Notes under the pieces: generated by a model
The model's database searches: none
What the model saw: the letters and a program-made list of their open reading frames with translations, nothing else
What the model was told of the DNA's origin: nothing
Made by a program: the position numbers and the translations under genes
Source: Raillietiella orientalis
Taxonomy: Eukaryota
DNA length: 64,000 nucleotides
Reading direction: 5' to 3'
Assembly: GCA_036172245.1 (NCBI GenBank)
Contig: JAYWIR010000055.1
Coordinates: 1 to 64,000 of the forward strand
Part shown: piece by piece, positions 21,797-38,849 of the stretch
Layout: each line of letters begins with the position of its first letter
Position numbering within the stretch: the first letter of the stretch is position 1

Positions 21797-22480
21797 GAGG
21801 AAAAGGCAGGAGGGGGGATAACGGCGTGGTTACGTCGAATGGAATGCTCCCGAGACACGTCGGGGCAGGTCCGAAGAGCCGCTACTGTTTGCGGGGAAGA
21901 CAGGAAGGGGGAAGGAGGAAGAAAATGAGCTGAGGGTGCGCTTACGTTCACATCTGAGTACGAAAAAGGACTTCCGGGTTGTGCGGATTCCCCAGAGAGG
22001 TAGGCTGGACCGAGGAGGCGGACCTTCCCGAGCAAAAGCCTTCCCTGGGTTCCCGGAGACGGGAAATGGTGGAAAGGTGGGTGGATCCATCCAGTCGTCC
22101 GTACTTGCCGCAGGTAGCGCGGAACCGCGCCCGACCTGCGCACGCGCCGCGGAGTCGCAACCGACGGACACTCCCCGGGAACTTTGCTGGGCGAGAGAGA
22201 AAGTCCCGCCGCGTGTCGAACCGGAGGAAGTTCTCCGGTGATCCCGCAAAGGACACTCGGGATGCGCGGGAACGGGGCACGAAAGCTGCTTCACCTGCAG
22301 GCGGATGGCCCGTAGGCGAATAGCAGGGAGCTGTGTCCTTGCTTTCCGGCACTGGGAACGGCCATCGAGGGAATTCCTGGAGTTCTTCTGACCGCCTTGA
22401 GCGGAGTGCATCCACGGGGTTTCCGAAGGAGGAAGCCCTTGAGGACCTCCCGCGGGGAGAATTGAGAGAGACGAGACGAG
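21797..22480 (+). mobile_element. Possible low-complexity ORF1 tail of a further Tx1-like element (continues 20656-20845)
   Basis: GC-rich, broken A/S/R/K/P-rich frames similar in character to 1600-2650. No diagnostic motif. Confidence 0.3.
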
Positions 22481-23494
22481 AATCTGCTACATGAGACGGG
22501 ATGCTGCGAGCACCTGGATAAGGATCTCTGATTCGCCGCCGCCTTCTGTCAGGGGAGCCCCCGTTCTGAGCTCCTTCAGGATAAGAAGTGGCAGGTGGGC
22601 CTTTAGATGCTGCGGTGCGCAGCATCTAAAGGCCGGACAGCCCTGGGATGCGTCCAACGATGCGCGTGCCTGACAACGGCGGCCGCTGAGTCTGGACGAT
22701 CCCTCCGCTTCAGAACATCCCCGCGACATTGGTGCCAGCGACGCTACGACTCCATGATGCAAGCTGGCACTTGCCTACGCATAGGCACCGGAAAACGCCC
22801 CACTGTAGGTTAGGGCAGGACCCAGGCGGCTCGTGGGGTCTTCTCGTCGTTGCCACCCTGCAATTCCAAGAGGTAGCGAACTCGGGCACCGCTTCCTCCC
22901 CCCTTTCCTTCAGGTCACCAGTAGCAAGCGGGCGAGCCGCGGAGTAGGCGTGTCGTTTCGGCAGGGCCGCCGTCATCGGCCGGACATGAACTTTGTGGCG
23001 GGAAAGTTGCCGAGCCGCATGATGCACTGATGATGTAAGCACTCGGTCCTAGGTGCGATGCTTTCGAAGGTGCCACGTGCCACACGTGCTTTTCAGTTCA
23101 GCTGTTGCGTAAACCTCGACCCCGGATGAGCCACCAGCATGTCCTGCACAAACCAGCTGCTTCTCAAACAGGGCACGAAGGGCCTCCTCAAGAACGCTTG
23201 GCATGGGAGGGGAGTCGTCCAAGTGCTGCTTTCGTCGGAGGTAGCGGCGAGCAAAGCCCACTGGTCTGTCGCGGAACTTGGGATGCTCCCGCAGATCACG
23301 TGCTAACGGACGGCACCTCACTGATGGATGAGAATGTGTAAGGGCTGTTGATTCGAATTCCACATTGCAACGATGCTGCGACATGAAGATTACAGAAATG
23401 GCTTATCTGGGATTCCGACATCCACGAGAACGTGGAAAGACGTCAAGGTCAATGAACGGTCGGTGGAACTTGGTGAGAACGCTTCCGAGACCAA

Positions 23495-23565
23495 AGGAGG
23501 AGGAGGATGGGAAGAGGAGGAGAGGGGGAGAAAGAGAAGAGGAGGGAGAGAAACAGAAGAAGAAT
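23495..23565 (+). repeat. Purine-rich (GA) low-complexity tract
   Basis: ggaggaggaggatgggaagaggaggagagggggagaaagagaagaggagggagagaaacagaagaagaa. Confidence 0.7.
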
Positions 23566-25100
23566 GGATGGCGACTTACATGATGAAGAGCAGCAAGAGG
23601 AACCATGCTGTAAGGGGGAGCGTCCGGCCGTCGTTTTGCCTTGAGGATTCACACTCGAGCGGTCGATCGTACAGCACCGAGCTCTTGGCCCTGGCCCTGT
23701 TGGGTAACTGATCATCACCGGGCAAGAGACATCGGTCTCAGAGTGACATAGAGCTTTTCGACATGGACACCACCAGTTAACCAGATGAGCACGGAAGGAA
23801 CCCTTCTTTGTTTCCCTCCCTAAACATAAGACATGTTTGGATGGCGATTTCTCAGCATCGGGCAAGCCACACAAGTTCTGGTTTTGAGCAACGATGCTCG
23901 AGGAAATCAGCGGCTTTCAAGCGGGGTGAGCGAACTGAGTCGGCGTTCTCACCGAATGTCGAGACAAACTGCGCCATGCCAACAGCATATGCGCAGCCTC
24001 CGGGTAGGTTCCACAGCATCCACGTGGGAAGAAGCGCATAGATCACAAGAGTATTCGGCCGGAATCGGTTCCCTCGGCATGCCTTCTGCTCAGTTCAAAG
24101 AATCGCATCGATCTTTGAAGACGAAAACCAATCCGAGATTTCCGAAGTATACACAGAAATGCTGAAGAGAAGCGCTCGTGCTAGCGTAAGCAGAGGGTAG
24201 TTCGGGCCAACTCTGAAATGCCCTGCTTTCGTGACCCGCCAAACTGGTCATGCAGGTCCTTCGAATTGAAGATGGAAATTAGTAGGAAGGATCGCGGGCC
24301 ATGAAAAATGGCAGCTTGTTGTCGGAACTTAGCAGCCAGCGGGGTCATCGATCCCGCCTTCAAGACATCGATGATAATAAATACCCTTGTAACGAACTAC
24401 AGGAGCACAGAGGTGTGCACAGGCACAGTGAGAGAGCTGTTGTTTACCAGGTGGTAAAAACATTGGATTTCTCTAGTTTCATGGAGGTGAGCCCGAGTAT
24501 TCGTTTGCTGGTGCAGGGCACGAATTTGGGTCATTCCTACCCATTTTCGGCACATTTCAGAAAGGACTGACAGCTTTACGCTTTCGTGTTTCTCGGAACA
24601 AGGCGACTCTCTCGTTGCTCCCGAAAGTCACCATTCAGTATTCTCGCTGTCGGGTTTTCTTCCGGGTACTACGTGGTACATAATATTCAAGAATCCGTGC
24701 CAAATTCATCTTCGACTTCACATCAGTTTGACTGACCAGCTTCTAGTTTTACCAATGCCAGAAGGTTGCTCTCAAGTTCGTTGTAGTGAGATCGTAACAT
24801 CGTTCCGTTTCGCAAAAGCAATGTGTTGCCAGAGATGGATGGATGGATGGGGGGATCATAGAATCAGACGTTCTCAACATTCCTTGACACTGCTTCAGGA
24901 CATGCATTTCCTCCCAAAACACTACCTTTCTTCATCCATTGCGACCTCGTGCAAGCTCACCCGACAGCGGTTTCCCTGCTGTTTGCTCAACCCCACGCTG
25001 TCATGACATGAAAGACGCTCATTCTGTTGACGCAATGACTCGGTGGCGCTTGCTGCACAACCCTCACGATCGAGAACGGTTAACAAACAACCCTTCTGAT

Positions 25101-26174
25101 AAAGCATGCATGGATCTCCTGCCAGCCGTCGAACTTCAACGCCTGGAGGCAGGAAGCCTTATCGTCCTGGGCAGCGCAACAGGATGTGTCCCGTTGGGAA
25201 CTCCGTTGCGTGAACCTTTCCCCATACTGTCCAGTGGGGGAGATGCTGGAAGACCAGGACCAGTGGACACGCCTAGCCGCTACGCCCCTCGCCGAAGCAC
25301 TGTCTGCATTGATGGTGCGAGACGACAGTGACCTGCCGGCGAGGTGGGAGGTCGCTTGCGAAATCCCAGGCGAAACCCGACTGCTGGGCGGCTGGAGGAC
25401 TTGCGAAGTGGCAGATGCTGCCACGCCTCGCCTTCGTGCCAAGGGACTTCTCCGGTGGAGTGAGCTCCTCGGGGTGCCCACCGATGAACTTGTGGTCCCT
25501 TCTGCGTGTTTGGACGCGACTCTCTTCCCCCTTCGTTGGAAACAGGACGCTTTTCTGCTGGTGCATTGGGGTTTCTACTGCAACCAGCGCGCGCACCTGA
25601 TTTCCGGGGGAGTTGCGTCCCCGAACTGTGCCAAATGCGGAGCGGTGGAACCGCTTCCGCATTTGCTGTTTCAATGCGGTGCCCACCAGGAGCTGTGGCG
25701 GCAGCTGTCTTCAGCGCTCCTGCACCCCGGACACACCGCACTGGATTGGATGCGCCGCTTCTACACGCGTGGCGGTCTTTCTCTTGGAGCGGTCGTCGCA
25801 ATCATCTGCTGCATCCGCGCCATTGTCAGGGCCCGCCACGTATTGCAGATGCGAGCAGTCATAACATCGGTCCCCGACACCGCAGCCTGCAACCTGCAAA
25901 TGGCTGCTGGGTGGCCACACCTTGAAGCAGAAGTGAGGACGGAGATCGGCGGCATTCACCGCAGGTTCTGAGAATAGGAACGGCTGAACTACAGACCCCT
26001 ATCCCCACCCTCCCACCCAATTTATTTATTTATTGTCCCCTCCCACCCGTTCCGAACTCTCAGTGTGCCCGGCCTGCGTGCCGGGGAATCTACTCCCCAT
26101 CTTTTGTTCCCCTTGCCTGGGAACACAGTTCCCAGATGTTTTTATCAATAAACGTCCCGGCGCAACCGGGTAAT
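25101..26174 (+). mobile_element. 5'-truncated copy A' of element A family
   Basis: Nearly identical to 5460-6535. Open ORF2 C-terminus ends at 25971. TSD AAACAACCCTT at 25085-25095 and 26175-26185. Confidence 0.93.
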
Positions 26175-28873
26175 AAACAACCCTTGTGGCTCCTGGAACG
26201 GATCTCTGCCCCAGCTGCAAGCATTCCTGGAGTTCCGTACAGTTCGTATTTCTTGGACGCTCGAGAGAGGAGCAGCTGAGACGCAGGATCTGCGGAAGGA
26301 AAATTCTTGCAATCATGAGTGATAATGCACGTGGAACATGCAGTTGCTCTTTCGTTTGTCAAGAGACGGTTGTCTCCGGGAGTTCTCACTTCACCGAGAA
26401 CTGGTCTTGAGCACAAAACCTCGTAAATACCAAGCTTTCTTTTTTTTGGCAGGAGGTCGTCCAGACAAACTCGATCGTTTGTCTCGTGATCGCATTCCTC
26501 GAGCTTGACTGTTGCTGTTTACTTCTTCCAACAGTGGAAGACAAGCCGAAAAACGCATACGACAGTGAAAGTAAGGATTCCTGGGAGGCTGAATGCCATT
26601 TGCTCCGAAGGAAAAGTAAGAAATGCAGCATCGCTCCCATGAGATGCAACACGTATCACGCGCCACTCTGTGGCGCATGAAGCCGTAGCATTAGGACGCA
26701 GGAAAAGGTGCATCAACGAGAGCACGCCTCCGACGTCGTTTCTCGCTTTCGAACGTGCAGCTGACGATTTTCACTTGACTCCATGGACCAAAAAAATCAC
26801 TGCGAATCTTCCACTTTTCCAGGAGCCTTCAGCTCTTTAATGACACCCAGTTTCCTTGAGAGAAGCTCGTTGGAGCTTTTGGGATCTCTCGTCTTCTTAT
26901 TGCGCGAGTCGCCACGCTTGGAAGGTCGCAAAACTAAGATGCTGAGTTTGACTCCCTTACGCTCATGCAGACACCCTTCTTTAAACTGATGCATTGCGAA
27001 AGGCCGAGGCTGAAAAGATTTCCTGATTGCTTTGTCGCTTCTCCTACCATGAACGAGGACTAGAGTCAACCGTGCTGCCTGCTTCCAAAATTCGTGGTGA
27101 TTGCTCTTCAGAGCACACGTTGCAAAGACAGGCAAAGAGTAGCTGCAGAATACAGAAGAATATCACCGCAAACTTAAATGACGGCAACCGATATCGAAAA
27201 TTCGTGCTTCAGGGTGAGGAGGATGCAAACCCAGTAAACAAGTGTGTCGTCGCTTGAACCGAATCGCACGGGCGCGCCAACATTCGGGGAAAGCAAATGA
27301 TTCCGAAACAGGAAGTCTGCTGGGTTCTTTCCGGTCCCTTTCCTCCGTTTCGAGGATTCAGACGGTAAGCTTGCGGTATTCAGCAGGAGGAGGCTGAGTA
27401 CTGACCGCTGAGTGACACCGCTGACCACGCCCAAGCCAAGACTACGAGAATTGCCGAAAGTATCGTGGGTGCTGCGACTACTTGCTCGAGTTTTTTCTGC
27501 CAGCCCTCATACATTCGCTTACACATGTAATACACATGCATGTGTAGGAGAATCCATGTGCTCTGCGTTGCCCACCAGCCGGGACCCCGGGTAGCAAACC
27601 AAGATCATAGAGGCACAATGCTTCACAGTCTTTCAACTTCCACGTGACAAAAGAGTTGGAACGCGGAAAACGCACACAAACAAGGAGGAAGAATTACTTG
27701 CATACGTGTATCTCGGCCTCTGATTGTTCCCAAAAGCACGGACGTCTTCGCTGACCCCAGAAACAGGAATGCAACCGGCCGCACGTACCGCCGCTTCACA
27801 GGCGTTCAGCCGAATGTAGGAGTGGGAAAGAAAGAAACCGGTTTTCGAGAAGACTGAGGGATGGGGCCTCTTGGTTTACGTCACAGTCTTATTCTGCAGG
27901 TGTTGAGGCCAAGCGCACTCGAACCTGCGGCTTTCCCACTGGGGTTTCTCCCACCCCACAATAGGATACGGCACGCTACAACGATTACTCGAAATCATTT
28001 CGAACACCTAACCACTGATCTGTGGCTCACTTTTTCAGGGTGGAGTTCACACTTCACAAAAGGTGCACGCGAACATCAATCGCAACTGATGATGCGGCAG
28101 AATCCACTCGCAACCGGTCCAAGCTTCGATGGGCACTCCTCGCTCTACCTTAACCTCCATTGCCAATATTATTATTATTATTAAAAAAAAAAAAAGAGGA
28201 GAATAGCATTCCTCTGGCTTCCAATAAAAGTACGTGAACCTCCATTCATGAGGCCTGGCTAAGGCCATGGCCGAATGTCTGGAAAAGCAGCAGTTCACAC
28301 GAAGAGCTGTAGGGGCTCTGAGGATGAGACGGAAGGCACGATTGTCTTGGAGGCCGACTTTGCTCCAGCGAGTAACTCAAAAGGCAACCATTCTATGCAT
28401 ACTTCGATGATTCCATTCGGGTGATTTACCTCCTTTCTAAGAGAAAAAAAAAGGGGGGGTTAAGGGGGCGATCCACATGCTTGCGCAAGCGTAGTGCACT
28501 TTCTAAGTAATTATTTTTTTCTTTCTTATTTTCTCGAAAATCACAAAATTTTTAGATCCGTATTAGTTCAAATTGCTGCGTATCCTGTATACCACTGCAT
28601 GTATGCAAACAAATGAAAAAACCGGTGTTGTATTTGAACACCACTCACTGTCTGTATATAAAAACCCAACTTGTGTCAAAAAAATAATAATAATAAAGAG
28701 AAGACACCATTTCAAGGATCATTCTGACAATAAATGAATGCCAACATTTGCATACGGATAAATCTTAAATATTCATCTGAATAATCTTAAATATTTAATG
28801 GAATGCAATCAAGCACTTAAAGAATGAGCAATCTGGAGAAGCTGCAGCCAAAGCAATGTCCTGTCTGGTAGAT

Positions 28874-31778
<2,905 letters not shown>

Positions 31779-34700
31779 AGCTTCAATTTGTTTTCTTAAA
31801 AAAAAGAGATCGGCATCAATCAGTTAAGGTACAACACGAAAAACTGAACAAATATCTGCAACTTACAGTCGGAACTCTTCGATCACGGACAACATGCCTT
31901 TCATGATTTTGTGCAGAATAAAAGACGAACCAGCACCATATCGATCGAAATTTGCGCACGCAAAGATATGCAATTTTGAAATACAACTTGTTTCAGATTC
32001 CCTATTTAGATAGTGTGTGCTGAGTGCAGCTTTCCGTGTTGGTGCCCAAACACACACACACACAAAAGGAAAAGATGCAAAAATAAAAAGCTTGCGGGAA
32101 GGAGGGAGGGTGTACACGCACACCGGGGGGACCATATGCCAGCCAATTCATTAGTCGTAATTGAATGAAGCAATTATGCGACTACCACAAACTGCATTTT
32201 CCGACAGACCGACAAAGTGCCGAAAACGTGGCTAAACTACGACCACAACGGAGCAGCCACGTGTAAGAAAACGGATCCACCTGGGACGTCGGTGAAACTC
32301 GACTGCATCCCGAAGGACTCATCCCCCCGACGAATGCAAAACTGCGAAACCCTTTCACTGAGCTCCAAAACGAGCTTTTGGCACTCCTTCATGAGTTACA
32401 GCGCAGAATGTTCAGCACCTCACGGTGTATGCAGAGGTGCGACACCGCGGTCCAGAATTCTACTGTAGGCGTTGGTCCACCGCTGGAGTTCCACCGGCAA
32501 ATCGAACAGAAATCGCCATCTCCAAATGCGAAACGGAGAGGGATGTGGAGAAAAAAATCCAAGGATTCGTCCGACCATCACAAACCCAACATCCCCCTGC
32601 GGAGAAAGTGTCCTCAATGAAACATGCAGATTCGCCCTGGGACCAGAAGAAATGCAGAAAAATCGAACCGCGGGAGAACTGGGATGGACACGCCTACTGA
32701 AGGTTAATAAAGGGCAGGAGAATGTCATTTGTGGAATTAGGAGGAAACTTCGTACCCGGACAAGGAAAAGTCATTACCCCCGGGTCAGCAGCCATGGAGC
32801 CGGCAACTGGAATGGGGACGACTTTGTTTCCTTCTCTGAAAGTGAGCTTACGTGTGCATTCAACTATTGGGGCTCGAAAATTTGCCGTGGAAGAGATGCG
32901 ACTGCCATAATGTGCGAACAAGACTGAACACAGAACAAGAAGGCTCGCTTCACGCTTTGCAGAGCTTCCTAAAGTTCAAAGGACCAACTGAAATCGGTGT
33001 TTAGAACTTTCCAGCTGTTTAGCACTGAAAACAGAGCACCGTTTCGTCATGCAGCCTTAGGGACTCTTGACTGTACAGCTACGACGAGCATTGATTGTAC
33101 AGATACGACGAGCAGTGGCAGCGAGTAGGTTTATTAATAATACTCCGGAGCTTGACATTCTAATGCACTTGCTTTAAGCAAACCGAGCAGGCAATTAAGA
33201 AAGGAAAAGATGAGCATAATCATGGTATGCGCATCTTTCGAATCGCCTGTAATGCATTTGTTCTCACCACAGTAAAAAAAGGCGAATTATAACCCCAAAC
33301 GAATAGAGCTCACTGTACTCCCTGAATGTTTCTTTCTCTCTTTCACTGCTCGCCTTTAAAAAGTCTGGAATAGGTTACTGCGGTCGTTTTCAGTTATTTT
33401 TTGCAAGGCGAGACCGTCACTCCTCAATAAGAGTTCTCCCTTAAATCACACTGCCCAACACCGAATTTCCGATGGGAAACGGAACGGCATAAACACACAT
33501 AAATCATCTGTAGGTGAACATGACACAAAAGTGTAGCACCACCCCGGAAAGAGAGCAAGCCGCATTTGGACTGCCCCGATGACCATCTGGGGAAACGAAA
33601 CACATCACGCAGTCACTCCCATCACGAAAGAAAGCGAAACCTGCGACACAAAGACACGTTTGCTCATATCAAAAACACGAACTCACCCTTCTCGCGAGGT
33701 TCAAAGTCTAGAAATAATAAAAAAAAACCATGTAGGCAAAATATTTAATGAGCTCAGCTGACGCACTGTGGACAAAGGTCCTCTCGCGAGCTAACTGCAT
33801 CTTCCAGTCATACTATAAAAAGTGTGTGCATGGGGACCACAATGAAAGCAGCTACTCTGTGGGAAAGGAAATACCAACGTTTATTCATTTATTTAAGATG
33901 GTGATGCTTTCTTTGACACCCCGGAAGCTACTGACAACAAAAGAACAACCGAGAAGCAACGGAAAAATTCAAGTGAATACAACCCAGCATAAGGTGACTG
34001 TGACATCTCGTTATGCAGTCCTTTCAAGCAGAAATATTAGTACAAAGACATGGCTCCAAAATGCACATTATGCTAACGATCTCGGACGCAATTCTATGCT
34101 CAAGAAAGTACACTTTCTTTCGGAAAAATCTGTTTCAAGGTCAGTGTTACACAGTACAGCGCCCTAAGGCAAAACCGGAAAAACAAACTACAAATGCCAC
34201 CAGACACTTCATAAGAAAGAACGCTACATAGGAGGGGAACTCAAATGTATACCCTTCCTATACAAATACACTGTCTGCCATTCGAAAACATGGGAAGCAT
34301 GCACGAGCATGCTTCCCAAGCATTCACGAGCATTCCAACGTGGATGACGAGAATTAGCTCATGAACGGCATCTTGTTTACAAGCAGGAAGACAGTTCGTC
34401 GACACTGCTGGAAACAAAAGATGCTTCGACTGCCGTTGCGGGAGAGGAAGTCATCCGAGCGACACGGGTTACAAGGCGGAAGAGCCTTGGGCTGCAACGC
34501 ACTGGTACTCGAAGCTGCGAGCCCGAAAGAGAAGACGAAGAACCGCACCTCCTTGACGCACGCTGCGATGCAATGATCAAAAGCACCCACTCTCAAAGGT
34601 CCTCGGACGCGACTTGGATCCTCTCTACTTGGAGGCTCGTAAATCGGACATTCCACGACCAACATTTACCAACGGCTTCGATTCAGGGCATTGCCAACCG

Positions 34701-37700
34701 CATGCTGCTAGGATCACGGTGCTGTAATCAGCGTAGAATGGAATTCTTTTCACATATGGTTTTCGAGTGCTCGAATTCTTTTTGTCTTGGTCTCTCTCCG
34801 CCAACTAACCTCACTAGCATTCACCAAATTCTACATACACATGCAATTAATCTTCCTATCGGTCCTTTAGCCAAAGTCTGCAAGTTGTGTCAAAGGCTAG
34901 GAATGAAAAGGTGCTTCCTTTCTTAAAAGCATCTTTCCACACTTGACGATGGACACAGACCTGCTAAGCACAGGCTACGTTTTACAGAACACAAGTACTA
35001 GATACACAGAAAGCAAATATAAAAAAAAAGTTTGACTTTCACAGACTGGAAACCAAAACATCTTCTGGTCCAAAACGTGCCATTTATAAATGCCATAAAG
35101 CGCATAGATCCCAAACATTATTCGGGAAGTAAGAACGATTGGAGAACTTTCAAAATGCGATTCCTCATCTATAAAGTTGAGTGAAAGCGTTTATATTCAA
35201 GAACAAAACAATTCATGGCAGAATTTACATTTTTGTGTAATACAAAGGGGAAAAAAATTGCATGCAAATTTAAGGATTGGGAGCACGTGAATTCTGAAAA
35301 CTGGTAACGGCAATTTGGGGAACACCTTCAATAATAAAATGGAATTTAAGAACCGACCGAGCAAGTGATTTATTAATAAAGCAAGTTCAACTAATTCAAT
35401 GATTCGAGGAGGCAGAATGTAACAAATCAAAATACGTGCAAACTGCACAAGAACATGGAAAGAATGCCCGTTCCCTGAATAAATAAAATGTACTTGGAAA
35501 ACTGCAACTACACTGCACCTGCAAAGAGAAAATGGAAACGCTTTGCATTTGCGCGAACACAAAATTCACCCATGGCTTAAAACTGAAGTCCGGATAAAAA
35601 GTATAAAAGCAAGATTTGGGTCCACAGGAGAATGACACCTGCAAAAGGCAAACACTTTCTCAAATACCTATGGCCTTTTGATAAGGAGTATCAAAACAAA
35701 AAACGCAGGAAACAAAACTTAGAACCAAACAAACAAAAACTCCTGCTCATGTAAGCTGCTTTCCATTTTAAGCTAAGTTTCTGAATGTTTGCTATGAAGC
35801 AGCATGGATCATTGTGGACAAGGCAGAAATTTTAAAAACACAAAAGATAAACCTTCATAGAAAACATCAGAACTCAGCTGTGTTATACACATGAACATGA
35901 TGAAAGCCACAATTTGTAGGTTCCAAAATTGACAACATCACATCACAATGTTATACCATTGGTGGCCACTGACATGGAACTGGTTCCACAAGTTTGAATG
36001 GAATAAAGACATTCAAAATTATTCATAATATTAATAAATAAAAAAAATAATGACAAAATCATCACACTTATTTCCCAGGAAATGATTTAAAACACATAAA
36101 CTATATTAAAATTTTCAAAATTCCAATTCCACATCAACTGCCTAAGAAAGCCTACAATAATTACAATCACTTAAATTGCCGATAATACAAATCAGTGGTA
36201 ACAATTAGCATTAGAATTTCAAAATGAAATTCATTGCAACTGTTACTTGAATGTTCAAAAAATAAATTAGAAATTACGATGAGCTTTGTATTTTAATGCT
36301 TAAAAATTATACAGCTACTTGGGAACCAAATGAATGATTTTTGTTACATGATATTTCAACAGAACAATAACAAAAAAGAAACAATAACATTTTGATTTTA
36401 TTAGCTATAATGAATGTACCACATTAAACAGAAGGACTGTCTCAGATTTTTTATTTCCTACACAAATTTCGGTTTGTTATACATTCATTTTTCATTAAAA
36501 TGACAATGAATGGCTTCCATCCTGCTGCTTATTATTTCTATTCTTCACTTATGAATTGATCAAAAATGGAAACTTATCTCTAAGAAAAAATACTGCACTT
36601 CAAAAGGAGCCCCACATTCAAACATTTCATATTGTATTACCACCTCATATGATCACACTACAAATGTAAGCAATAATATGATTATTACAAGAAAACTAGA
36701 GGCTCCCTCTGGTCAACATGAAATCCTGACTGCATTTGTGTGCCAATCAAATTAATTATTCTCATTGTTAAGTTTGGAAAGTTTAAATTTTCATTTATAC
36801 TTTAATTTCATGTGTAACAATTTATCTTCTTTACAATTGTGTAAAAACTTTGGTACAAATAACTTTACTGCTGAATTTAGAAAAGACTGCTAGACAAAAC
36901 AACAAATACCTGAGGTATCGTCATATTAATAATTTAATTACTTTTACTGTTAGGTAATCATAAAATTTTTTGTTTTTTCATACGTTATACATTTGTGGCA
37001 ATTTTCACTTGATTTCTGATTGACAATAGTAAGATGAACATGCAAAAAATATCTCATTGCCTGCACATTTTATTCTCTTTCATTTTCTTTATTTTTAAGT
37101 TTATAGGCACAATGAAAGAGAAAGTGTATTTTGATTCTATTCCTACAACTTGGTTAAAAACTCACACTATGAAAACATGACTTATTGGAAACTTCAGCAA
37201 AACTACTGACAACCAAAGCACTTTTGTGAAAGATTTGTCCACTTGCCTTCAAAATTCTTATGCACAAGCAACTGTTCCATTTTCTAAAAACACTGTTCTT
37301 CAGAATTAATCTGAAGAATTCATGATGTAAATTCACTTGACTGTATGGCTTTTAAATAATTGGAGTCTTTACTTTTTTTTTTTGCGAGAATTAAAGTAAC
37401 TGCTAGATATCGAATTTCGAACACTGAACTCGATCATCAAGCATTTCTAGCAGCTAAACACACACTCCAAGGTAAATAATTCAAAAAGTTTCATCATAAG
37501 TCATTCTTATGTGATTTTTATGCTCACACAACACAGTTTTATGCATGAAATACTTTTCTGAAGAACTGTTTATGATCGGTGAATCTGAAGAAAAATATAC
37601 TGAATACATACCTTTTCCAGGTGTTAGCTTCAGTTTACTGTTTCTATACAGACACTACCACCTGTGTGTACAAAGATGGTTCATCTTGCACTGCAGCACA

Positions 37701-38849
37701 CAATAGCACACAGTCACAAATTTTGGTACAGATTCTACTCAGCTGAAATTCTCTGTCTACCGTTTTGAATGTATATTAGGATTAACCTGATCCGAATCAT
37801 CAAATGTATGACTGTATTACTATGTACTTTATTTTATTTGATTGTCTTCCGTCGGTTGTTCGCTCACAAACATCACGATATGTTATTTTTTTTTTTTTAT
37901 AATTAAAACTTTCGTCTCGGAAATTTTCTTGGGACCGAGAGAACTCGATTCCCACATAAACAAATTTGTGAGTTTGCAAGTTCTCACAGTGTCCAGCGTT
38001 TGCTCCCCCTCACAAACGGCAAGGAAAGCAAATCTACAAGAAACAGAATTTGAATGTTTAATGCCAACTCGTGTGATCAACGACTTTTCTTCATAATGGG
38101 GAAGGGTTGTAGGATGGTGTTCGAGTAACGTTCACAAACTCATGAAAGTTCCGAATAAATGGTATCGTCGAAGTCGAATAAGCAGTAGCAATATGTGATC
38201 CGAAGAATCCGTGTTCATTTTTTTTGCGGTTTCTATGAAGGTTAATGTAATTTCGTTCTTCGTTTCCCTATTTACGTGTACACAACAAGCAGCAACGGCT
38301 GCGACGTGCATCGAAAAAATCCGAATCAACATGCTTTATGAAATGATTCAAATGCATACACACACACTTGTTAAAGATTTTGTGTACTGTGTACAAAGAA
38401 TCGAAGTTCATTTAAAAAAAAAGAATTCCGTGCAATCGAGTACAAGGCATCGGTACAGTGCTGCGTCCAGTACAGTCTGTACAGCAAACACTGGCATAAA
38501 AAAGGAAAAGAAAACACAGCCGTGAAAGATGAGCTACAACACTTAAAGCGCACAGACTTTACAACACATTCTTTACCTTCCTGGAACAATGTCTGCTTGA
38601 TACATATTTCCACGAGAGACCTAGATACATAATTTACAAGTCATCCGGAATAATTCTGCACAGAGAGAGTTTCAAAGCTTTGCACATCTCTAATCTCAAC
38701 GGGGTGGGTCAGTTCATCACGGGATGGGCACTGCTTGCTTGCACGGGCACGCGGAAAGTCCTGTAACTCTCTTCCTGGAAGATAAAGCGACAGAGTCTTC
38801 ATGAGAACGCCGGCACGTACGTCGATAATTTCCTGCTGAAGAAGTGGCA

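Noticed and set aside
22487..25050. Possible decayed gene(s) in short ORFs
   Set aside because: No recognisable motif or consistent exon chain.
26486..26680. piggyBac-like C-terminal Cys motif (RCNTYHAPLC)
   Set aside because: Only a few residues match. No DDD core, TIRs or TTAA TSD could be identified.
26797..28440. Alternative 3' exons of KLC
   Set aside because: No convincing KLC tail motif or phase-consistent splice chain was found, so this is left unannotated.
33071..33115. Two-copy 24-bp tandem repeat (tgtacag.tacgacgagca)
   Set aside because: Simple local duplication with no spacers, so it is not an array.
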